The position numbers and the translations under genes are program-made. Below, piece by piece: positions 36,975 through 64,000 of a DNA stretch of 64,000 nucleotides. The notes under the pieces are model-generated. The model was not told the origin of the DNA. It saw nothing but the letters and a program-made list of their open reading frames with translations, and made no database searches. Source of the DNA: Felis catus (Eukaryota); NCBI RefSeq assembly GCF_018350175.1, contig NC_058368.1, positions 124,994,001 to 125,058,000 on the forward strand. The letters are read 5' to 3'. The number at the start of each line of letters is the position of its first letter. Within the stretch, counting starts at the first letter, position 1.

Positions 36975-39900
36975 AAAAAAAGATTTCCAGATGTTTATTT
37001 CTGGAACTGTACACCAGGTATTAAAGTACAACAAATACAAAATAATGCTCAAAAAAATCAGTGTTTATGTACAAATATTAAAATCAATGCAACAATAGCA
37101 ACTTCCTCTTGAACATCTGATACTAAAACTTGTTGTGATTGTCACTAATTAATCTCATACTCACAGGATACTTATTTCAAACTGGGACAATTGGAATCAC
37201 TGGTCATCTAAGAGGAATTTTTATATCTACCATATTTAACAATAAAACTAATAGTTTCCTCCTTTTAGTGAAAAAATTAAGAACTTTTTAAAAAACATAG
37301 TAATGTCAATATTTTTATAAATTATTTCAATTTCCATTTGTAGACAATGTGCTTTGAAACTCTGGGCAAACAATCTCCTTGGTGGTCAGGTTTATTCATT
37401 AGTTTACATTCAAAGTTGAAATATTCACTAGAGACTTTGGTTAAATTAAATAGTATCACTATGCTCTATTAAATCTGACGTTCTCAAATATTTATGACCC
37501 TCAATTTTAAAAATTAAAAAGGAAACAATTGCACAACTCTTTGACCTAATTGTACACACTTTAGTATTGTTTAAACAGTATTCTACATCCTTCAAGTAAA
37601 TTCAGCAGTTGACCGTGACAAGAGGAAAACTAAACATTTAAAATGCTAGCATGGAAAAGATGACGTACGACTAACAAAAGTATTGCTATAATCACAGCAC
37701 CAGTTACACTCCTAAATGGATCCGTTGTCCTCTTCAAATTCCCTGTACATAAAAGATACATCAGCCAACAATGCAACTGCTCACCATGGATTTTTGGTTT
37801 GTTCATAAGAAAATAATGCGGCAAAAGAAAACAAAAGAATTTATCACAGTTTGTTATAAGAATTGTGCTTCACACTTGATAATAAAGGCATTATTGTTTC
37901 TTCATAAAATTGCAAATCAGTTATTTTCATGCTCTCAAACGCAATTCTTCTAATAAACAGTAACAAATTCTCTGTTAAGATGCTTAACTGGAGGAAACAA
38001 AACCCAGTAAATCCAGCTTTTAAAAGAAAATTCAATAAATAGCTATTTTACATGGATAAAGTCATAGTGGTACAATTTATGAATGTCACATCAAGCATGC
38101 ACAAAAATGGTATTATACATGGCGGAAGCAGTCAGAAAATATTGAATTAGATCTAAAAAGATATGAAGAATTTACATATATATACAAAAATCTTGCAAAT
38201 TATTGCCTCATTTTAACAAGGAATTAAAAGTAAACGTTACCAGCTAGTTAGCACTCTCTAAGAGGCTAAAATCAGATTGACATTTAAAAATCTATTAAAC
38301 TAGCTGGAATTTATTTTTCTCTCATATCATTTTCTGGATTTTGGTCAAAAATCTTTATTTAAATAACTAAAGTGTCCATTCAACTTGCTGATAATCAAAA
38401 CTTTAGATAAGAAACACTGTTTCCATCTTATATCAAGATCCCAGCAATGCATAGATAAACTGACTATGTTACTGCATCAGCTACTGAGAATGGGCATGTT
38501 CATTTAAGTGCAACTGGTATTAGCATTCAGTCATCTTTGTGTAAATTATTTTATACAAACCAGCCACTGTAAACCCAGAGTGAAAATTAAAGTTATAACA
38601 ATGGAAGATTATGGCCAGTATCTTACTAAATTATAAAAGGTATACTGATTTTTAACAAAAGAAATAAGGTTCAAAGTTTAGCACAACACCACAGCAATAA
38701 GAAGCTGATAACTTGGATAAAAATATCTGAAAGCAACATAGAGCCCAGGCTACCCATTATTTACTGTGTGCATACAGGAATGCTAGACTTTAGATGTATA
38801 AATTAGAGACTGATTTTAAGTTATTAATTTAACTACTTTTGTCCACTGTGCTAAACTAAATTTTATAGTAAATATGCTACTGCGTAAACACTTCAAAGCA
38901 ATCTTCATTAAAATGCTGCAAACAAAAATAAGAATACACATCATCCAAAACTAAGGATGTCATTGCAGTTCACAGTTTGTATAATAAATACCCTCCCTTT
39001 CCATCATTACTAAGGTCACTACAACCTATCTACTCATCAGCACAACCTTGAAGCGACTTATACTTACAAATATCAGCAATGCAGCTGAACATTTAAGTTT
39101 TTTGCAAAGCACGACAACTAGCAGAAATTGAAAATTTCAACTAAGATGGTGCAAAAAAAAAAAAAAAAGCAAAATTCCATTGTAACTGAACTATAAAAGC
39201 AAAGCTTATTACATCCTAATACTGTATTGTGTATCATGTGAATTCACCTTTTAACTTAAAGATGCATATCTATAGAGCAAAAATGGCCAAAGTTTATGAC
39301 AATGGCTTCTCATTCACAATGTCTGGAATAGAAATAAAACTGAGTGTGAGATGCATCTGAACGTCTATCACTTTTTAAAACTTAAAGTGGTAAAGTACCA
39401 TTCTATGTCAATAGACAGAAACTCACATTTTTCTTGCCAACTGTTCAAGCTAAACAAAAAAAGTTTAAATATACTTCAAGGTTCTACTGCATTAAGTGTA
39501 AAATCTAGAAGTCCCTCCAAAATATGAACACTTTGAACTGCAGTGCTACAAACAACATAAGAAGTGTCCCAAATGTAAACCATTGAGTGGCAACATCCTA
39601 GGCTCTGTAGACTGTGTCCTGCAAGTCAGTTGCCTCAGGATAAACTAAATTATCAATACCAGTATGATTTTTAGAATTATAATCTTGACAATGGTGGACA
39701 AAACCCCATCTAAATACCACATCTTCAAAAGCCAAATTTTTAGCCAATCAATGAAGGTACACAGAACTCTTCCCACAGTAAAATGACAGATTCTGTGTAA
39801 GGTAGCCCTGGTCTAGAATTTTGAAACAGGATCCAAGCAAGTGTCTTCATAATTTGCACGCAGTTCCTCGTGCTGGCTTCCATAAAGATGGACTTGCTGT

Positions 39901-40522
39901 TTTGTAAACTGAAGTGCTCTAGTTGAATAACATGAGAGAAGTTTCCATTTTAAAAAAATCCTTGCATGTTTGTGCAGTTTAAAGAAACCTACCCCTGCTT
40001 TTATTTAATTAAGAAAATAAAACCAAAAAATGCTACATTGAGCAGGGATTGGGATCGGTACCTGTAAACATTGTTATTCCACTGCATCCATTACGGCAAA
40101 AGGAATTTACACGAAAAGAAGCCACTCCATTCAGTTCAGAACATCTGTGCTGGTTTTGAGCCGGTGGCCTCTGTCTACAGGTTTTAAAATTGGGAGTGAG
40201 GGCAGTGGGGAACAGAAAAGAATAGAAAAAAAGGGAGTGGAGAAGAGGTACTGGGGGATGAGGAAGAGATAAGCAGAGCTTAAAGCTGCACCACAGAGTT
40301 CAATCTTAGTTCCCAACTCTGCTGATCATAGTTCATTTCCACATTTATGGATTGAAAAATGAAAATACTCTTGATAAATCAAGATATAGTTCTATACATA
40401 CTGACATCACTGATGTCATAGTGAAAAAGGTTCAAACTTCCAGTGAAAGACTAAGCAAACCTGATCCTTTCCTCAAGTTTACTGGTTCTGCACACCCACT
40501 GTTTCTGGGCTCCTCACTCGTG
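36975..40522 (-). other. MIER3: MIER3 3' UTR (~3.5 kb)
   Basis: AU-rich stretch with no recognisable interspersed repeat, running from the stop codon to an AATAAA at 36994-36999 (minus). Confidence 0.75.
36994..36999 (-). terminator. Probable MIER3 polyadenylation signal AATAAA
   Basis: tttatt on plus; followed on minus by a U-rich tract (A run 36972-36981 on plus). Confidence 0.7.
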
Positions 40523-56848
<16,326 letters not shown>

Positions 56849-57087
56849 CTAGTCAAGCCAAGGCACAAACATAAACTCAGTAAATGCCACAATACAGAAG
56901 TACAGATAAACTTAATGTTCATAAAACAGATTAACAAAACAGCAGTATCAAATCAAAGCCAAGTTTTAGTTTTTCTTTTTGTACTACTGCTAGAAAATAG
57001 GCTTAAAGACTTAGAGCTTTTATTAACATATTAACAAAAGCCTTAAAAATTAACATCTTCATTTTTATTTTCCAGCATCATTTCACT

Positions 57088-57113
57088 ATTTTTTTTAATG
57101 TTTATTTATTTTT

Positions 57114-57145
<32 letters not shown>

Positions 57146-57319
57146 GAGCGTGAGCAGGGGAGAGGCAGAGAGAGAGAGAGGGAGACACAGAATCCAAAGC
57201 ATGCTCCAGGCTCTGAGCTATCAGCACAGAGCCTGGGGCAGGGCTCGAACCCATGAACCAGGAGATCACGACCTGAGATGAAGTCAGATGCTTAACCAAC
57301 TGAGCCACACAGGCCCCCC
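57088..57319 (-). mobile_element. CAN-SINE
   Basis: TSD atcattttcac. Confidence 0.9.
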
Positions 57320-58769
57320 TATCATTTCACCCTTTAAAAAATTCCTCAAATATTTGCTTTAGTGACTTTTATTTTTTTAGCATTCACATTGGTATAATGA
57401 TTTGCCTTGAAAGCATTCACAATTAATCAATCAATAACTTCATGTAATTTTTAGCTTGTTTCTTCACAATTAACAGTTGACCACTTGGTTTATTCTTCAT
57501 ATTAATGAAATGATACCTGAAGGGAAACCACTGCTGAGCATTCACTAACACCAACAATATTTATATATTACTGTTAAAAATTATTTTTATATTACTACTA
57601 TCATAGCTATATTCTGTACAGTTGTTTTAGGTTTCTCTTCCATAAGCATCTACTGAAGTTTGTATCATTACCACCATTTTACAGGTGACAAAACAGAAGG
57701 CTCAGTTCTGGGTTCAAATCCTAGTACCACTTACTGGCAGCACTGCTTTGATAAAACCACATACTTTGGCTGCAGTGCTTCCTGTGTAATGAGTACCTAT
57801 GCCGTGCCACATACTGTCACCCTCTTCCCCCAACTAATCCATCAGAAAATAAAAAGTGTATTTCCTTTTCAAAAATATCTTAATCCAACTACTAAAGTGT
57901 ATAGAAATATTTATAATTATTCAAATATATAAACACAAAACAATGTATCTATAGACTAATTTTTTCAATATTGTAAAGATGTTTATGCCCATCTATTAAG
58001 AGATTCATTAAGCTTGCTTATGGGTTTAGTTTTCTTTTTAAGGCAAAATGCCTAAGTCCTGATGCAAAAAGCATGAAATGCTAAAGCAGAGTATGTAAAA
58101 TATATCCTCAGCATATCACAAAGTGAGCTGAGAGAAGCCAGTGATGATTCTAGAAAGCCACTGATTGCCCACCAGGCCCCACAGGGAATTCAGGCTCTGG
58201 GGGTGCCCAAGAACCTGACCTTCACCTTTATAGGTCTACTAGAACTTACATTTTTCACTGTGCCTTATTAAAACAGATTCAAGCGAAATGAATTTGGAAT
58301 AAGGTTTAGGACAGAATGCTACTTTGTAAATTTGCTGTAGGAGACATGTGCCTTTTGCAGTGACCATACCAATCATGTCACTCATGAAATCCTTTCAGCT
58401 TGGGATTGAAATCAGTTAAAAAGCTGCTTTGGTAGCATGGAGTCAGCACAAATTGAGTTGGATGGTCAGGATGGACAGAAGTTCACCCATGCCATGAGGA
58501 AACCTCGTGAATTATTCTTCTCCTGAATCAATGAACAGAACCCCTCAAATGTGCCCAGAACCAGATTTAGAGTCTCCTTAGCCCTGCTCCTTGCAGACTC
58601 CATGCAGCCTATTCCCTCTGGCTCATATTGGTTTTAAGAGGAGACTAGGTTGCAGCCTTTGCAAACCATCTGTCATCAGTATTTCTCCAAAACCTCAGAA
58701 GTTTCAGATTCTCTCTGTGACCTGAGGAGATGTCAATTTTCACTCATCATACACAGGCAGGTCCACTTT

Positions 58770-60620
58770 TCCATCAATACAGAATTTACTGCATTCTAGA
58801 TACTGTGCAGAGGCTACTAGCTATGGATAGAGAAAAGAAAATTTATAGAAAAATCCCTGCTCTCAATGACTGTACTCCTGATGGAAGAAACTGGTAAGTT
58901 AACAACTATAATACAATGTGTTGGCTGCATTAATCAATTCTGGAAATAGCACCATACACTGTTGAGTACAGAGAAGGGAAGAACTACACTCTGGGAATAA
59001 TGGCATTTCCTCATGGGAATACATGAGGTTAGGGAGGTACCACATAGGATGGAAAGACTGAGCTAAGTCTTGAAAGATGAAGAGGGATTTGACAGATGAG
59101 GGCTGTATACTAGGGACTCGTGGTATATCATAAGAAACACTGACTGAGCAGTTACTGTGTGCCAGTAGGCCAGTGTGCCAAGTGCTGGTATGAAAACAGG
59201 TCTTGCCCTTCTACAGTTTACAGTCAGTGCAAAGGGGGGGGGGGGGGGGGGGGGGGGGCGGGGGCGCAGAGATAGTGACAATACACAAATACAGAATTGC
59301 CAATTATGATGAATGCAATGAAATAAACAGGGTCCTGAAATACAGAATAATGTAGAGAATCTACTTTCACCAGGTCAAAGGAAAGACAGTGTCCTTTACT
59401 CCCAGGTCAGTGGGAAGTAAATGGAGACTTAAAAAAAAAAAAAAAAGGCAGGTGGGGAGTGCCATGACTTCATTTCTTCTTCAATGCTGGGCAGCTACAT
59501 AAAGAAAAGTGTGAGAAGATGGAGAGGTAAGAAAAAAGCAGGGAGACCACCTAAGAGCCTCATGCTGGATTAAGGTAGTGATATAGACATGGAGAGAAGT
59601 AAATAGATGATATACATCCGGAGGTGGAATCAAATGAGTTCCGGGATGTGAGAGTGAAAGGGGGAGACAAGGAGGATTCCCCAGATTTCTATTTGGGCAA
59701 CTGCCTGCATGGTGATAACTTTTACTGAGATAGAAAGGACTGAAGGAAAGGTTTGTGAAGGAAAAAAATTAAGAGTCCTGCAGAAGACACGAGTTAAATT
59801 TGAGAGGACTATGAAACATCTAAGCAAAAGAGTCAAGTTGGCCAGGAGCCTGGTGCTTAGAGGATCAAGCTGGGCTAAAGATATAAATCTGGCATTCATT
59901 AGCATCTAGATGATATTTAAAGCCACAGAAGTTGAGAGGGTAGACAGAAAAGAGAAAGGAATATATAGTTTATTAGAAGAACTTTCAGATATATTACCCT
60001 AAAGGCAATGGGACACATCTAAAAAATTTTAAACAAAATATGCATTTTGAAAGTAACATTCTGGGGGGAGTCCAAGAATGAGAACCTCAACTAAGGAAGG
60101 GAATTATCTGAGTGAAATTAAGAAAAAAGAATCTGTTTCTTGGCCTACATGATAAAGTGAAAGTAAGTGACAGTGAAGTCTACATGAACTGCCCGTTTCT
60201 GGCCCAAAAAGGCTAAATACTTATAGCACCATTATGAAACAGAAACATCAGACAAATGAACTTGAGGGTGGAGGGTAGGATGGTAAATGATAATTCAAGG
60301 CAAAAGTTGAAGCAGTGGGCCTGAATGAGATCATCCAGAAAGGCCATACAGAGTGCGAAGACAAAATCTAGAGGCCTGGGGAATGCCATCAGTTAAAACA
60401 TGGGCAAAGGAAGAAAAGCTCATAAATACAACAGAGGGAGATACTGGAGAGCAGAACTAGGTGAAAGCAGAATTACATAAGTTAAGGAAGAAACAACTAT
60501 GGAGAGACCAGAGATAGTCACTTAAGTCAAATATCAAAGAGAAATCAATTGAGATATAGAGAGACATGAATTCTCTGTACCTATCAATCAGGAATTATTG
60601 GTGACCCTACAGACTATTGG
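58770..60620 (-). mobile_element. Cluster of L2 fragments
   Basis: L2 3'-end motifs (gagcagttactgtgtgccag; actgagctaagtcttgaaagatga; tgggctaaagatataaatctggcattcattagcatctagatg). Confidence 0.65.
59234..59264 (+). repeat. Poly-G run (G25-C-G5)
   Basis: Direct reading. Confidence 0.9.
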
Positions 60621-60718
60621 GAGAAACAAAGTTGAGGACTGAATAGAGGGGGGAAAAGTACATACACTATAAAAAAAGAATCACTAAAGATAACACAGGT
60701 TAAAAAGAATTTCTTCTA

Positions 60719-60920
60719 GGGCTCCTGGGTGACTTAGTCTGTTAAGTGTCTGACTTGATTTTGGCTCTGGCCATGATCTCACCATGAGATTGAGCCCTGC
60801 ATCAGGCTCTGTGCTGACAGCATGGAGCCTGCTTGGGATTCTCTCTCCCACTCTCTCTCTCTGCCCCTCCCTCACACAGTCTTACTCACTTTCATTCTCA
60901 AAAAACATGAACATGAAAAA
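60719..60920 (+). mobile_element. CAN-SINE (older)
   Basis: Diverged head, (CT)n, tail. Confidence 0.82.
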
Positions 60921-62335
60921 AAATTTTAATAAGGCATTTAAAAAAAAGTTCTTCCAAATGTAGGAAACATATGAGTAGGACTTGCTATGCTGAAATAAAA
61001 AAAAATAAATAAGTGGGAAGAGCAGACTCAGAGCATGAGGGATAGAATTAAAAGTTAGCCTGGGATGTGGCATATACCCTAGGGACAGTAAAGAAAGAAG
61101 AAAGAATGAGTACAAAAGTTATATTTGTATGTGTGGGGCAAACAGGAGATTCTAGGTAGTCATTCATGAAAACCCTACTTTCTCTATAAAAATAATCATG
61201 ATCATCTGTTGAGAAAGAAGGTGGGTATCTTAGTGGAAACTTCACTAATACAGTCAAGGAATGGCACTAGTTACTAAAAGGGAGCTGATGTTAAAATACA
61301 GAAAAGGTGAATCTAATCTCTGAAGCACTTTACAAATGAAGTTTCTATTAGAGCCTATCAACATCTTAAAAGTTTGATCTAGCACCTTATTCCAGGTAGG
61401 AGGATTTTTCTCGGGTATTTTGTTGACCCTATTTAAATTTTAAGAAGCACATTGAGTCTACTCCTAAGGGAACTGTTTTTTAATGCAAAGGTTTTATATC
61501 AGAAAGAACATAAAATTTAGAGGCAGAGGACTCAGTGTCATTACCATAGACAAATCACCTAAAATCCCTCACCTCCATTTCTTTATCTGTAAATAAAGAG
61601 TATCATAATTTCCTTGATCCTATGATACATAACTTCACATACCACAAATCAGGATGCATTCCATTACCAACATATAGATTTCCCATAGTACTGTTCGTCT
61701 CTGCCCCCATCTATATAATTTCTAAATCTATGGTACATTTCACAATCAACAAGGCCTCTTAACCAAGAAAATAATGCTAATACTCATCCAATCCATCTCA
61801 TGGTGCTGCTAGATTGGTCAACAGAAATGGTCTAAGTGAAATGTAGATCACTTTTCATATAATACCAGTCCGATATAAAACATGCAGAATACACATAGCT
61901 TTTTTAAATAATTAAAAAAAAAACCCACAAAACAGGAAGGATCTATACCAGACTTTAAGTGGTAGAAAAGGTGATTTTCACTTTCTCATTTCACAGTGAA
62001 TATCAAGGGGGAAATCTACATAATAATGTATAGAACTTTTCTAAAAGTGATGGCTCTAGACTATTAAAACCTTAGCAAAAATTAACATGAATAAATTAAA
62101 ATATAGAAAGACATGATGTAAACCTTATATGTTCAAAGACATAAATGTAGTCACATAATGTATTCTCTACTTCTAAGTGCTACTATACAAAGTGGGGTTT
62201 TTTTTTTGTCTCTTATTTTCCATAATATCTAATGTAACTAAAAATTTATAAGCACTAAAATACAGGTCATATTTACAGACTACAGGCTACCGAGTTTGTT
62301 TACTTGCAGAATAAAAATTTACTGTAATTTTTGTA

Positions 62336-62543
62336 TTTTTTTTTTTAAAGTTTATTTATTTTGAGGGGGAGTGCAAGCTAGAGCTGGTGAAGGGTAGAGA
62401 AAGCAGGGGGAAAGAATTCCAAGCAGGCACTACGTTGTCAGTGTGGAGCCTGATGTGGGACTTGAACTCACGAACTGTGAGATCATAACCTGAACCAAAA
62501 TCCAGAGTTGGATGCTTAACCAGCTGAGCCACCCAGGCGCCCC
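62336..62543 (-). mobile_element. CAN-SINE
   Basis: Reverse-complement SINE ending caggcgcccc. Confidence 0.9.
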
Positions 62544-62564
62544 TTACTCTAATTTTTAAAAACA

Positions 62565-62785
62565 GGGGCACCTGGGTGGCTCAGTCGGTTAAGCGTCCGA
62601 CTTCAACTCAGGTCATGATCTCGCGGCCCGTGAGTTCGAGCCTCGCGTCGGGCTCTGTGCTGACCGCTCAGAGCCTGGAGCCTGTTTCAGATTCTGTGTC
62701 TCCCTCTCTCTCTGCCCCTCCCCTGTTCAAGCTCTGTCTCTCTCTGTCTCAAAAACAAATAAAACATTAAAAAAAAAAAATTTAA
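62565..62785 (+). mobile_element. CAN-SINE
   Basis: TSD tttaaaaaca. Confidence 0.92.
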
Positions 62786-63089
62786 AAACAAACATTAACA
62801 TCAAGCCCCTAAGACTGTGAACATGTAATAACAGCTAAAACAATGTTCCAATAATAAAAGACTAATAAAATACATTAAATGATACAGAAATAATTTTAAA
62901 TTTCTTCTAAAAATAATCTTTACTCTTTACACTGGTATCTCTATCTACTGTTTCTTTTATTCATTTTCATGTTTCATTAAACATCAATAAATAACAGGGA
63001 CCACATTTACATAGTTATGCTTTACTACACATAAGAATTATAGTTCAGAGAAACTGGGCAGTCAGTCACTCTTAGAAATAGCTCCTCTT

Positions 63090-63574
63090 GGGGCACCTGG
63101 GTGGCTCAGTTGGTTGGGCGTCTGACTTCAGGTCAGGTCATGATCTCACAGTTCGTGGGTTCAAGCCCCACGTCAGGCTCTGTGCTGATGGCTCAGAGCC
63201 TGAAGTCTGCTTCAGATTCTGTCTCTGACTCTCTGCCCCTCCCTCACTCACGCAAACTCTCTCTAATATAAATAAAACATTAAAAAAAATTAAAAAAAAA
63301 AAAGAAATAGCTCCTCTTATCCATTGTTCAATGAGAGAAGATTAGGCTTCTAGATGGAGACACAGTTCTTTGGTCTTCACTAGAAGCTGTTTCAAGATCA
63401 CCTGTATCAGGGCGCATGGGTGGCTCAGTCAGTTAAGTGTCTGACTTCAGTTCAGGTCATGATCTTGTGGTCTGTGGGCTTGAGCCCTGAATCGGGCTTG
63501 CTGACAGCTCAGAGCCTGGAGCCTGCAATGGACTCTGTGTCTCCCTCTCTCTCTCTACCCCTCCACCACCTGTG

Positions 63575-63605
<31 letters not shown>

Positions 63606-63640
63606 AAAATAAACATTAAAAACAGTTTTAATAAAAAAAT
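63090..63640 (+). mobile_element. Two CAN-SINEs (63090-63300, 63410-63640)
   Basis: First has TSD agaaatagctcctctt. Confidence 0.9.
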
Positions 63641-64000
63641 AAATTAAAGATAACCTTTATCTTTCTGTCCCAATTTTTTTTTCTGTCCCAATTTCTAAGA
63701 ATGTGATAGAATACCAAGAAGCCAAACTGTCCAAGTAGAAAGAAGCTGAAATATCTAAAGACCTATAATTTTTCTCAATCTACAAATTCAGTGACAGATA
63801 TCATTACAAAGCAAAAAAATTAATTACCCGTGTTTATTAAACAAAATGAAAATCATAGAAAAAGGACTAGGTATTTTTGTGAATAGCTCCGTAATTCTTT
63901 GCTGTTCATTATTTCTCCATATCTTCCCCAATGTCCTTTTAAAACCCACTAAACACAGATCAAAGCAGCTATTACTACAATCTCTAGAAGGATAAAACCT

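Noticed and set aside
58300..58750. Non-repetitive-looking, moderately GC-rich intronic block as a missing MIER3 exon or a retrocopy
   Set aside because: The frames I read gave no MIER3-like or otherwise recognisable peptide; possibly an ancient repeat. A Dfam/BLASTX search would settle it.

Overview
Mammalian genomic DNA, almost certainly felid (abundant CAN-SINEs of the SINEC_Fc type and felid-like L1 3' ends). It holds two convergent genes. SETD9 (+) is complete: 6 coding exons, 25166-32162, 900 nt = 299 aa, with a CpG-island promoter. MIER3 (-) contributes its last 10 coding exons (56848 down to 40523) and a ~3.5 kb 3' UTR with no recognisable interspersed repeats; its 5' exons lie beyond the window. 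The first ~24 kb is mostly nested L1/SINE/L2/hAT sequence and contains a near full-length processed NANOG pseudogene joined directly to the tail of an internally deleted L1. I see no convincing new multi-gene system. The most notable items are the L1-NANOG junction, several retrotransposition or repair scars readable at base resolution, tandem CTCF motifs, and splice/polyadenylation features of MIER3 and SETD9. Exon boundaries were read by hand with phase checks. Repeat boundaries are approximate and subfamily names were recognised by eye.
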